From: Turneriella sp.
Lineage (GTDB): Bacteria; Spirochaetota; Leptospiria; Turneriellales; Turneriellaceae
Assembly (NCBI GenBank): GCA_965279515.1
Contig: CBDIID010000003.1
Coordinates: forward strand, 1,600,001-1,664,000
Direction: 5' to 3'
DNA: 64,000 nucleotides
A program made the translations under genes and the position numbers. Below, one piece after another: positions 39,629-48,946 of the stretch (position 1 is the stretch's first letter; each line of letters starts with the position of its first letter). The notes beneath the pieces are model-generated. The model was not told the origin of the DNA. It ran no database searches and worked only from the letters and a program-made list of their open reading frames with translations.

Positions 39629-40393
39629 GTGGGATTACCCCCGGTGCTGATCCGGCTTTTGCTTTGCAGTCTTTTCCTTCTTTTACCCCTATTTGCCCAG
39701 AGTGACCTGAATGTCCTCAGCGGCCGCTTTGTGCCCGATAAGAACCCGTCGTTCCGGGCTGTGCCGGCCAAATACAACATGGGTACGACACAGTACCTCA
39801 ACATCGATGCGCTGGCGGCTTTTTTGAAGCTTGCCAGGCTCGCCGAGGCGAATGGTTATAATATCAAGATCGTTTCCGGTACGCGCAACTTCAATACGCA
39901 GAAGGCGATCTGGGAACAAAAATTTTCCGGCAGCCGCAAGGTCGGCGGTAAGAATTTAGCCGAGTCTGTCAAAGACGAAGAAAAGCGCGCGCTAGAAATT
40001 TTACGCTATTCTTCGATGCCCGGCACCTCGCGCCACCACTGGGGTACCGATCTTGACCTGCATGAAACGAAACTCACAGGTCCAGCGCTGCACAACCAGA
40101 CATTCAAAACGGGCCGCGGCAAAGAGTTCCACACCTGGCTGACCCAGAATGCGCCGCAGTTCGGCTTTTGCCAGCCGTACACGGGTAACCCCAGTACGCG
40201 CAACGGCGGTAAATTCGCGCGCGGCTACCAGGAAGAGAGCTGGCACTGGTCGTATAAGCCGATCTCTGCCGAATACCTGCGCACTTACCAGGGCCAGGCA
40301 GCGGCGATGAAGCCGAAGGGCTATGCAGGCGACAAAGCTGCCTCGCATTTTTATATGGATTACGTCCAGAACATCGATCCCTCCTGCTTGTAG
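39629..40393 (+). CDS. M15 family D-Ala-D-Ala carboxypeptidase (VanY-like)
   Basis: SGTR, PGTSRHHWGTDLD, EESWHW. Confidence 0.9.
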   Translation: MGLPPVLIRLLLCSLFLLLPLFAQSDLNVLSGRFVPDKNPSFRAVPAKYNMGTTQYLNIDALAAFLKLARLAEANGYNIKIVSGTRNFNTQKAIWEQKFSGSRKVGGKNLAESVKDEEKRALEILRYSSMPGTSRHHWGTDLDLHETKLTGPALHNQTFKTGRGKEFHTWLTQNAPQFGFCQPYTGNPSTRNGGKFARGYQEESWHWSYKPISAEYLRTYQGQAAAMKPKGYAGDKAASHFYMDYVQNIDPSCL

Positions 40394-40398
40394 GTAAC

Positions 40399-41697
40399 AT
40401 GGCCATAGAAAAAACCCTCGAATTGCCTTGCGGTGTGACGCTGAAGAACCGCCTCGCGAAATCAGCGATGAGTGAAAACATGGCTGTGAGAAATTTGCCC
40501 GACGAAAAGCTTACCCGCCTCTATGAAACCTGGGGTGAAGGAGAGCTCGGCCTCATCATCACCGGCAATATCATGGTCGACGGCGACGAATTGGGTGAAC
40601 CCAACAACGTGGTACTCGAAAACGATAAACACATCGATGCTTTTCGCCAATGGACAGCGGCCGCGAAAAAGCACGGCTCGCAGATCTGGGCACAGATCAA
40701 CCATCCCGGCCGGCAGGCGCCGTCAGCTATTTCGAAAGTCACTGTCGCGCCCTCGCCTGTAAAACTGAAACTGGGCAATCTCGGTTTTCGCATGCCGCAC
40801 GAGCTCACCGATGCTGAAGTCAAAGGTATTATTGCGCGTTTCGCGAACACTGCGCGCCTCTGTAAAGAAGCAGGTTTTGATGGCGTGCAGATCCACGGCG
40901 CGCACGGCTATCTTGTCAGCCAGTTTTTGTCGCCTCTCGCCAACCTAAGGAAAGATAGCTGGGGCGGTTCGATCGAAAACCGCATGCGCTTTGTCATCGA
41001 ACTCGTACGCGCGATGCGCGCCGCCGTCGGTAAAAAATTTCCGATCGGCATCAAGATCAACTCCGCCGATTTCCAGCGCGGCGGGTTCAGTGAAGAAGAT
41101 GCTGTCACCGTTGTAAAAGCCCTCGAAGCTGAGGGAATCGATCTGGTTGAAATTTCTGGTGGCACCTACGAGAGCGCTGCTATGACGGGCGCCAAAGGTG
41201 CGCTCGGCGAAACCGTCGCTGCTTCGACCGGAGCACAGGATGTGCCTGGGTCGACGCGCGACACGACGTCGCTCCGTGCGTCGACCGCCGCGCGCGAAGC
41301 CTATTTCCTCCCCTTTGCGGAAAAGATCAAAAAATCATTGAAGATCCCCCTCATGCTGACCGGCGGCTTTCGCTCTTCGGCCGCGATGAACCAGGCCATC
41401 GAATCGGGGGCCATCGACATCGCCGGTATCGCCCGCCCACTGGCGATGGAACCGCGCCTCGGCAAACGCCTCATCTCTGACGCCCATGCGCGCATTGAAC
41501 TCAAGCCCGTAAAAACCGGCATCGCCATGATTGACCGCATGGGCGTGCTCGAAATCGGTTATTATTCACTGCAGCTGAAACGTATCGGCGAAGGTAAAGA
41601 GCCGGATAAAAACCTCAGCGCCCTGGTCGCGCTGCCGCTTTTGGGACTCAACTATGGTTCGGGAATATTGCAGCGGTTTTTCAACCGCGACAAATAA
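40399..41697 (+). CDS. NADH:flavin oxidoreductase / old yellow enzyme family
   Basis: NRLAKSAMSE, QINHPGRQ, HGAHGYLVSQFLSP, REAYF. Carries an in-frame palindromic insertion near 41221-41286. Confidence 0.93.
   Translation: MAIEKTLELPCGVTLKNRLAKSAMSENMAVRNLPDEKLTRLYETWGEGELGLIITGNIMVDGDELGEPNNVVLENDKHIDAFRQWTAAAKKHGSQIWAQINHPGRQAPSAISKVTVAPSPVKLKLGNLGFRMPHELTDAEVKGIIARFANTARLCKEAGFDGVQIHGAHGYLVSQFLSPLANLRKDSWGGSIENRMRFVIELVRAMRAAVGKKFPIGIKINSADFQRGGFSEEDAVTVVKALEAEGIDLVEISGGTYESAAMTGAKGALGETVAASTGAQDVPGSTRDTTSLRASTAAREAYFLPFAEKIKKSLKIPLMLTGGFRSSAAMNQAIESGAIDIAGIARPLAMEPRLGKRLISDAHARIELKPVKTGIAMIDRMGVLEIGYYSLQLKRIGEGKEPDKNLSALVALPLLGLNYGSGILQRFFNRDK
41232..41286 (+). repeat. Palindromic element copy A (in frame within the NADH:flavin oxidoreductase gene)
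   Basis: AGCACAGGATGTGCCTG followed by hairpin GGTCGACGC...GCGTCGACC. Confidence 0.7.
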
Positions 41698-41698
41698 T

Positions 41699-42538
41699 CT
41701 ACAGATACGTCTTGACCATATCTTCTGAAAGGCGCCAAAGTTTTTCCTGTTTTGTTTTATCGTAAGACTCTTTCGAAGAAGGGATTGCTTTTTTGTTGTC
41801 GAAATATTTAGCCGTAACTCCCGCTACTTCCGGCGATGAAGCGAGATAGACGCTTGTCTCGGCGCCCTGCGCGGTGCTCTTCAGCACCAGCCCTGCGACA
41901 AAACGGATAAAGCCCGGCATCTCGCGCGTGATGTCGCTGGCAATGACACCGGGATGCAGGCAGTTGACGGTGATTTTGCGCGCAGCGAGCCGCTCGGCGA
42001 GAACATAGGTAAACATGACGTTTGCGAGTTTCGACTGGCTGTACGCGGTGATCGAACCCCAGTTTTTTTTGAGCTCCGGATCGTCTAAGTTGATGCTGCG
42101 CCACGAATGCATCTTCGACGCGACGTTGATAATCCTACCGCCATCGCTGATATTCTTTAAGAGTAAATTGGTCAGTAAAAAGGGCGCGAGGTGATTTACG
42201 GCAAAGACGGTTTCGAGGCCATCTTCGGTTTTAGAAGCCTTTGTGGCATTGAGGCCGGCATTATTCACCAGAATATCAACCTGGGAAGCTTTGGCTGAAA
42301 TCTCGCCGGCGAGCTTTTTCACCGACTTGAAGGATGCAAAATCCACCGGCAGAAATTCGATCGCGGCGCCGGGTATTTCGGCACGCACTTCGGCGATGAG
42401 CGAGCCCCCCGCATCGGCATTGCGCCCTGTGAAAAGCACGCGGGCACCTAAACGCACGAGGGCGCGTACCGTTTCACGGCCGATTCCCGCCGTACCGCCG
42501 GTCACCACTGCCACCTTACCGCCCAGATTTGCCTGCAT
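41699..42538 (-). CDS. Short-chain dehydrogenase/reductase (retinol dehydrogenase-like)
   Basis: TGGTAGIG, NNAG, VNHL, YSQSK, HPG. Start ATG 42538. Confidence 0.93.
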   Translation of the reverse strand: MQANLGGKVAVVTGGTAGIGRETVRALVRLGARVLFTGRNADAGGSLIAEVRAEIPGAAIEFLPVDFASFKSVKKLAGEISAKASQVDILVNNAGLNATKASKTEDGLETVFAVNHLAPFLLTNLLLKNISDGGRIINVASKMHSWRSINLDDPELKKNWGSITAYSQSKLANVMFTYVLAERLAARKITVNCLHPGVIASDITREMPGFIRFVAGLVLKSTAQGAETSVYLASSPEVAGVTAKYFDNKKAIPSSKESYDKTKQEKLWRLSEDMVKTYL

Positions 42539-42594
42539 AGTGCACCCACCCTGTAAATCGGTTGTCGGCGCAACGAAAAACCAAGGAATACGCA

Positions 42595-43380
42595 ATGCCG
42601 CGCGCCGCCGCGCCCACAAACATACTCGGAAAACCAGCCCCTGTCATCGCCGAAAATGCGCTGAAGCTTGAAACACGCAATCTCGTGAAGGTATACGGTA
42701 AGCGCACCGTGGTGCGCAATGTATCCTTCAATGTGCGGCAGGGCGAAGTCGTCGGTATTCTCGGCCCCAATGGCGCGGGAAAGACGACATCATTCTATAT
42801 GACCATTGGTCTTGTGCGTCAATCGGGCGGGCAGGTTTTTATGGGCGGTGAAGATCTCACCAAGATGCCGATGTACCTGCGCGCACGCCGCGGCATCGGT
42901 TACCTTGCACAAGAGGCCTCGATCTTCCGCACGCTTTCGGTGCGCAAAAACATCGAAGCGATCTTCGAGCTGCGTGACTTCGATAAAGACAGAATCAAAA
43001 CAGAAACCGACAAACTGCTGAAAGAGCTTGAAATCGAACATGTGCAGAACCAAAATGGGATTACCCTCTCAGGGGGCGAAAGGCGCCGCGCCGAAATCGC
43101 ACGCGCGCTGGCTTCGGACCCCAAATTTCTGCTGCTGGACGAGCCTTTCGCAGGTGTCGACCCGATCGCCGTCAAAGAGATCCAGCGCGTGGTCTGGCAA
43201 TTGCAGCAGCGCGGGCTGGGCATCCTAATCACTGACCACAATGTGCGTGAAACTTTAAAGCTGACCGACCGCGCTTATATTATATTCCAGGGGCAGGTAC
43301 TGATTGAAGGCACCGCCGACGTGCTGATTAAAGACAAAAAAGCAAGGGAGATCTATCTTGGCGAAGACTTCAAAATCTGA
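42595..43380 (+). CDS. lptB: LPS export ABC transporter ATP-binding protein
   Basis: GPNGAGKTTSFY, YLAQEASIFR, LSGGERRR, DEPFAGVDP, ITDHNVRETL. Lies upstream of rpoN. Confidence 0.95.
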   Translation: MPRAAAPTNILGKPAPVIAENALKLETRNLVKVYGKRTVVRNVSFNVRQGEVVGILGPNGAGKTTSFYMTIGLVRQSGGQVFMGGEDLTKMPMYLRARRGIGYLAQEASIFRTLSVRKNIEAIFELRDFDKDRIKTETDKLLKELEIEHVQNQNGITLSGGERRRAEIARALASDPKFLLLDEPFAGVDPIAVKEIQRVVWQLQQRGLGILITDHNVRETLKLTDRAYIIFQGQVLIEGTADVLIKDKKAREIYLGEDFKI

Positions 43381-43433
43381 TTTGAACTTGCGGGGTTTTT
43401 AAGGGGTGCGCATCGCGCAGCGATTTTCAGAAT

Positions 43434-44774
43434 ATGCCGAAGACGCAATTAAAGCAGAACGTCTCCCTTAAGACCGGTGTCCGGCAAAAACTGCATGGCA
43501 CCTTAACCCACGCGGTCCAGTTATTATCCTTACCGCAGCATGAACTGCGCGAAGAGGTACTGCGCGTCATCGCTGAGAATCCCTTCGTCGAAGAAATCTC
43601 TTCGGGCGAGACACCGCCGGTAGGCGTTGGCGAAAGCAAAGATTTTATCACGAAGGCCCACATCGGCCTCCAGGAAAATCTGCTGCTGCAGCTCGTCGAC
43701 ATGGGCCTGCCCGATAAAATCTATGACCTCGCACGCATCGTGGTCTCGACGATCGACAATGACGGCTTTACGGCTTTCCCCCACCGCACCATCATCGCCG
43801 ACTATAATTTCACGACGCGCGACCTGCGGGCCTGCATCGAATACCTCAAACAGCTCGAACCCTGCGGCGTCGCCGCGGAAAATCTCTGGCAGAGCCTCAG
43901 ATGGCAGGCCGAGGTGCGTTACGGCAAAGATGAATTACTCTTCGATCTCATCGACATGCTGCATGAAGCGCGCGAAGGTTTATCGCGTTTCTCGCAGGCT
44001 GAAAAAAATTCACTCTGCGAGATCCTTGAAGTCGACGCTGAAACCCTTGACGCTAAAATTAAGCTCTTAACCGCGCTCGATCCACACCCGGTTAACCGCA
44101 GCGACGGCACTGCCGCCGAATGGGCGCTGCCCGAGATTTTTTTTGAAGTTAAAGAGAAACAAATCTACGTCAAGGTTTCGGACCAATACCTGCCGCGCTT
44201 CCGCGTAAACCACAAGCTCTACCAGCAGATGATGGGTAAAAAGAGCGCCACAGCGCCGGGAGGAGCCGCACCTGCAATAAGGGACGCGGGGCAGCAGGCA
44301 GAGTGGCAATCGACATACCAAACGGCGAAATCCCTGATCGAAACACTGACATTCCGCGCCGATACGCTGACACAGGTGGCAAAAATCATAGCGGTCAAAC
44401 AGTACGATTTCTTCACCAAAGGCTCGGCGTACATACGCACGATGAGCCTCAAAGATCTGGCGCAGGAAACCAAACGCCACGTTTCGACAATCAGCCGCAT
44501 TCTTAACCGCAAATATTTTCATTGCTCGTGGGGCATCTTTCCGCTGCGCTTGTTTCTCATGCGTCGCATCAAATCTTCTGATGGCCAGGAACGCAGCGCC
44601 GAAGATCTCAAAACAGCAATTCTGACGCTGCTGGCACAAGATTCAGAGCGCAAAAAATCAGACCGCGTCATCGCGGAGATTCTGGCGGAACAAGGCTTCG
44701 AAGTCAAACGCCGGACCGTGAATAAATACCGGCGGCTGATCCACCAGGGTTCGTCGCGCAAAAGAACCAAATGA
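43434..44774 (+). CDS. rpoN: RNA polymerase sigma-54 factor (divergent)
   Basis: Gln/Leu-rich region I, ENPF, EPCGV, HVSTISR, RpoN-box variant KRRTVNKYR. lptB-rpoN synteny. Confidence 0.88.
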   Translation: MPKTQLKQNVSLKTGVRQKLHGTLTHAVQLLSLPQHELREEVLRVIAENPFVEEISSGETPPVGVGESKDFITKAHIGLQENLLLQLVDMGLPDKIYDLARIVVSTIDNDGFTAFPHRTIIADYNFTTRDLRACIEYLKQLEPCGVAAENLWQSLRWQAEVRYGKDELLFDLIDMLHEAREGLSRFSQAEKNSLCEILEVDAETLDAKIKLLTALDPHPVNRSDGTAAEWALPEIFFEVKEKQIYVKVSDQYLPRFRVNHKLYQQMMGKKSATAPGGAAPAIRDAGQQAEWQSTYQTAKSLIETLTFRADTLTQVAKIIAVKQYDFFTKGSAYIRTMSLKDLAQETKRHVSTISRILNRKYFHCSWGIFPLRLFLMRRIKSSDGQERSAEDLKTAILTLLAQDSERKKSDRVIAEILAEQGFEVKRRTVNKYRRLIHQGSSRKRTK

Positions 44775-45889
44775 CAGTCCCCTTCAATAAGACCTATCTG
44801 ACCGGTCTTGAAAAGAAATACCTCGACGAAGTCCTGGAGTCCGGAAAATTTTCAGGCAACGGTGATTTCACTAAACGTTGCCAGGCGCACCTCGAAAAGA
44901 CCTACGGCTTCAGAAAAACCCTGCTGACGACATCGTGCACCGACGCATTGGAGCTCGCCTCACTGCTTATCGATCTGAAGCCCGGTGACGAGGTCATATT
45001 GCCCTCTTACACATTTGTCTCAACCGCAAATGCATTCGCCCTGCGCGGTGCGAAACTTGTTTTCGCAGACAGCCGTGCTGATCACCCCAACCTCGATGCA
45101 GAAAAACTCGAGCCTCTCATGAACAAACGCACGCGGGCTATTGTGCCCGTGCATTACGGCGGGCAGGCCTGCGATATGGCGCGTATCATGGCATTGGCCG
45201 ATCAGCGCAAACTTTGGGTGATCGAAGACGCGGCGCAGGCCATCGACTCAGCTTACGGAGAGAAATACCTGGGCGGTGTCGGGCACTTGGGCGCCTTTTC
45301 TTTCCACGATACGAAAAACATTTCGGGCGGCGAAGGCGGCGCGCTTGCCATCAACCACGAGGCATTCGTCAAACGCGCCGAGATTCTCTGGGAAAAGGGC
45401 ACCAACCGCAGCGCCTTTTTCCGCGGTGAGGTCGATAAATACGGCTGGGTCGATGTCGGCTCATCATTTCTGCCTTCTGAACTTATTGCAGCTTTTCTGT
45501 TCGGGCAACTCGAAAAAACCGCTGAAATCCAGAAGATGCGCGTCGCGGCGTGGAATGAATACCGCCGCAACCTTGCAGTATTAGAACAGAAAGAAATCCT
45601 ACTGATGCCGGATGTATCTCATAACGCACATCTCTTTTATCTGGTTTGTCGCGGCTTAGACGAGCGCACAAAACTGATCGCTCACTTAAAAGCAAATGGG
45701 ATCGCCTCGGTGTTTCACTATCTCTCGCTGCATAAGAGTCCGTATTTTGCGGATAAGCATGATGGGCGAGAACTCGCGAACGCGGACCGTTTTACCGACT
45801 GCCTGCTGCGGTTACCGATGTATGCGGAGCTCGAAACCAGCACCGTAAATAAAATCTGCGACCTGATTCTTTCGTTCTACAAGGCGTGA
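44771..45889 (+). CDS. wecE: dTDP-4-amino-4,6-dideoxygalactose transaminase
   Basis: SCTDALE, EDAAQ, SFHDTKN, EKGTNR, DKYGWVDVGSS. Confidence 0.92.
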   Translation: MTVPFNKTYLTGLEKKYLDEVLESGKFSGNGDFTKRCQAHLEKTYGFRKTLLTTSCTDALELASLLIDLKPGDEVILPSYTFVSTANAFALRGAKLVFADSRADHPNLDAEKLEPLMNKRTRAIVPVHYGGQACDMARIMALADQRKLWVIEDAAQAIDSAYGEKYLGGVGHLGAFSFHDTKNISGGEGGALAINHEAFVKRAEILWEKGTNRSAFFRGEVDKYGWVDVGSSFLPSELIAAFLFGQLEKTAEIQKMRVAAWNEYRRNLAVLEQKEILLMPDVSHNAHLFYLVCRGLDERTKLIAHLKANGIASVFHYLSLHKSPYFADKHDGRELANADRFTDCLLRLPMYAELETSTVNKICDLILSFYKA

Positions 45890-45896
45890 TTTTTTA

Positions 45897-45932
45897 TTGA
45901 CCTCGTATATATTCGACTTTATATTCGTATAT
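45897..45932 (+). promoter_or_regulatory. Sigma70-type promoter/operator of the TA operon
   Basis: TTGACC-N17-TATATT ending 7 nt before ATG 45933. Direct repeat TCGTATATAT x2. Confidence 0.65.
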
Positions 45933-46166
45933 ATGAAAACCTTGGTAGATATCCCCGTCGGGGCATTACAAGAAGTGCAGAAAATCTATCACCTGAAGAC
46001 CAAAAAGGCCGCGATCGAGTTTGCTTTGAATGAAGTGATTCGTATGAAAAAACTTCGCGACCTCGCCGAATTATCAGGGACGTTCAAAGACAGCGAAATT
46101 ATGTCGCAGGCCGAACTAAAGAAGATGAGGCGCCTTGATACTTCTCGAATCTTCAGCATTCATTGA
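45933..46166 (+). CDS. vapB: Type II TA antitoxin, VapB family
   Basis: MKTLVDIP...KTKKAAIEFAL (RHH-like). Overlaps the PIN gene. Confidence 0.8.
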   Translation: MKTLVDIPVGALQEVQKIYHLKTKKAAIEFALNEVIRMKKLRDLAELSGTFKDSEIMSQAELKKMRRLDTSRIFSIH

Positions 46167-46524
46167 AAATCTGCGCGAAAACGGCCGCCGTGACATAAAA
46201 GCAAGGGTTAAGGCCGCGCTGCTCAACTCCAAGGCCGCTCTCTGCGAACCGGTGTTGCTTGAGCTCTGGGGAGGCTGCAAAGCAGGCAAAGAGGCAAAAG
46301 TCCTGAAAGCCTTTGAGTCCACTTTACCAATGCTCGAATGCGATGCGCTCGTGTGGCATCACGCCCGGAATAATGCGAGGCTTTTCCGGGCTAAAGGTTT
46401 CACCTTTTCGAATTTTGATATTTTGATTTTTTCGATCGCGCTGCGCCACAACGCCGGCATCATTGCCGTCGACAAAGCCTATGCGCAAATGCGCGATACG
46501 CTCCGAAAGGCTACCTTAGGTTGA
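46135..46524 (+). CDS. vapC: PIN-domain toxin, VapC family
   Basis: ILLESSAFI, VLLELWGG, FDILI, VDK. Confidence 0.82.
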   Translation: MILLESSAFIENLRENGRRDIKARVKAALLNSKAALCEPVLLELWGGCKAGKEAKVLKAFESTLPMLECDALVWHHARNNARLFRAKGFTFSNFDILIFSIALRHNAGIIAVDKAYAQMRDTLRKATLG

Positions 46525-48946
46525 AGCCGGCCTTTTGCATTTTGCCGATCAGGCCGTCCTGAAGCTTCTTGATCTCATCGCCGGCAAGCGTGCGCGTGGG
46601 GTTTCTCCACGTGGCGCGCACCGATACCGCTTTTTCGTCGGGCTTCAGATTGCCACCAGTAAAGGTGCTCAGGTGTTCGAAGGAAACCAGAACAGTTTTG
46701 TCGAGATCACGGCGCACCAGGGGGTCTGGAAAACCTGCTGCCTTTAAAAGCATGGCAAACTCAGCGCGCTGCGGCATGACAAGCGTCAGCTCAAACTCGA
46801 CGGCCGGGTATGTGAAAGGTGAACGGTATGCCGAAGATTTGCCTTTAAGCGCGAGTAAGTCTTTCAACAAGGCGTCGAAATAATAGACCCGCTCCTTAAT
46901 GCCATACGCCGCAAGAATACGCGGATGCACCTCGCCGAAACGGAAGATTTGTTTCTCTTTGTTTCCCGCGGCACCCGAGCGACCGGGGTGAAAAATAGCG
47001 TCCGGTGCGTTCCCGAATGTCTGCTCATGGCGCCCCAGTCCACAAAAGGCCAGTATCTCACCGACCATTGCCGAGACACCGGCAAGCGCGGCTTCTGCAT
47101 CTTCGGCAGAAGTAATAGCGCCGGCAAAGAAATACTCTTCGCCGCGCGCCAGCTTATCTTCGGCAGGTTTCAGGAAAATTTTTTCAATTTCGAAAAGCCG
47201 GGTATTTTTATCTTCGCGGTAGTTCCCTTGCACGGCGCGCAAAAGACCGGGCAGCGGTGAAATGCGCAGGTGGTCGAGGTCGCTGTTCAGTGCATTCTGC
47301 ATCTTCAGCACTTCACTGGCCTTAGCAAAGTGCTCGTCGCTCTGGATATCAGCGGCGCTGTGAAACGCGTAACTCAGGGATTCGTTGAGTTGCAAACGGC
47401 CGGCCGCCAGCGCCCTCAGGTTATGCTCGAGCGCGCGCAGATCGTTTTTCGCACGCGGGGTTTCACAAGCAACGAGCGCAGGTTCGATGTTGATTTCTTT
47501 ATACCCGATAAAGCGGCCGATCTCTTCGACCAAATCTTCGGCGCGCGTGATATCATACCACTTGCGGTAGTCGGGCGGAGTGACAACCAGGACATCACCC
47601 GACTCTTCTACCTTAAAATTCAGGCGGCGCAGAATATCGGCATTCGAGGCCGGGCGATGAGCGATCTTGCCCAATTTCTGATCGATGAAGGCATTTGTGG
47701 CGTGAATGGTTTCCGTCTTCGTAAAATCCTCGGTCGACACTTCATGGATTTCCGAGAGTTGGATGTCCCTCTGTTCTTCGGCCAGTAATTCCGCAAAGCG
47801 GTAGATCGCCGCCTTAGCCTTCGCGGGGTTCTGCGCCTTCTCAAAGCGCTGCGACGAATCGCTGCGGATGCCTGTCTTCGCCACTGTGCGCCGTATTTCA
47901 GAACGCGGGAACGTGGCCGACTCGAGAAAGAGTTTCGCCGTCGCCGTAGTCGTGGACGAACCCGCACCACCCATGACGCCAGCAAGCGCGACGGCCTTTT
48001 CACCGTCGCGTATCAGGATCAGGTTTTCAGGTAGCGTATGCTCAGTGCCGTCAAGGAGCGCAATCTTTTCATTGGCTTTGGAATAACTGACGCGCACAGG
48101 ACCTGAGATTTTGTCACGGTCGAAGGCATGGTTCGGTTGACCGATCTCGAAGAGCACATAGTTTGAAAGATCGACAATATTGCTGATCGGCTTTTGCCCG
48201 ATCGAAAGCAGGCGCATCTGCCGCGCAATTGGCGACGGCGCAACTTTGAAACCCAAAATTTCCGCACCGCAGTAAGTGATGGCGCTTTGTTTTTCAATTT
48301 CAATCTTGGGCAGGGAAGACGAAGCGACAGTTTTAAAAGTTGCTTCTTCGGGGTTTTTCTTCAGGGGTTTGCCCAAAAGCGCGGCAATCTCGCGCGCAAA
48401 ACCAAAATGACACCACAGGTCCGGGCGGTGTGTGATTGATTTATTATCGATATCGAATATGACATCCGCGGCGCCGAAATAATCCGAAAGCGGTGCACCC
48501 ACTTTCCAGTCATCGGGCAGCAGCATGAGGCCGTCGATCTTTGCGGGCGCATAATCGAGCTGTGTAATGCCCAGCTCATTGCCTGAACAGAGCATGCCGA
48601 AACTTTCCACGCCGCGCAGCTTCGCCTTTGTCATTTCGCGGCCGTCAGGCAATTTGACACCGACGAGCGCAACGGGGAATTTTTTTCCCTGTTCGACATT
48701 CGCTGCACCGGTGACGATCTGCACCACTTCTTTGCCGGTATTCACCTTGCAGATTTTGAGTTTATCGGCGTCGGGGTGCTTCGAGAGTTCATCGATGTGC
48801 GCCACGGGAATCTTTGCGAGGTGGCCCATAAAATCTTCGAAACCTTCGACCTCGCAGGTCTTCATCGTCAAGAGATCGGCCAAATCTTTCGGCGCGACGG
48901 TTGAGAGATCGACGAATTCGTTTAACCAATTGAATGAGAGCTTCAT
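46511..48946 (-). CDS. pheT: Phenylalanine--tRNA ligase beta subunit
   Basis: HPDADKL, LRGVESFGMLCS, THRPD, B3/B4, B5 and FDX-ACB regions. Confidence 0.96.
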   Translation of the reverse strand: MKLSFNWLNEFVDLSTVAPKDLADLLTMKTCEVEGFEDFMGHLAKIPVAHIDELSKHPDADKLKICKVNTGKEVVQIVTGAANVEQGKKFPVALVGVKLPDGREMTKAKLRGVESFGMLCSGNELGITQLDYAPAKIDGLMLLPDDWKVGAPLSDYFGAADVIFDIDNKSITHRPDLWCHFGFAREIAALLGKPLKKNPEEATFKTVASSSLPKIEIEKQSAITYCGAEILGFKVAPSPIARQMRLLSIGQKPISNIVDLSNYVLFEIGQPNHAFDRDKISGPVRVSYSKANEKIALLDGTEHTLPENLILIRDGEKAVALAGVMGGAGSSTTTATAKLFLESATFPRSEIRRTVAKTGIRSDSSQRFEKAQNPAKAKAAIYRFAELLAEEQRDIQLSEIHEVSTEDFTKTETIHATNAFIDQKLGKIAHRPASNADILRRLNFKVEESGDVLVVTPPDYRKWYDITRAEDLVEEIGRFIGYKEINIEPALVACETPRAKNDLRALEHNLRALAAGRLQLNESLSYAFHSAADIQSDEHFAKASEVLKMQNALNSDLDHLRISPLPGLLRAVQGNYREDKNTRLFEIEKIFLKPAEDKLARGEEYFFAGAITSAEDAEAALAGVSAMVGEILAFCGLGRHEQTFGNAPDAIFHPGRSGAAGNKEKQIFRFGEVHPRILAAYGIKERVYYFDALLKDLLALKGKSSAYRSPFTYPAVEFELTLVMPQRAEFAMLLKAAGFPDPLVRRDLDKTVLVSFEHLSTFTGGNLKPDEKAVSVRATWRNPTRTLAGDEIKKLQDGLIGKMQKAGFNLR

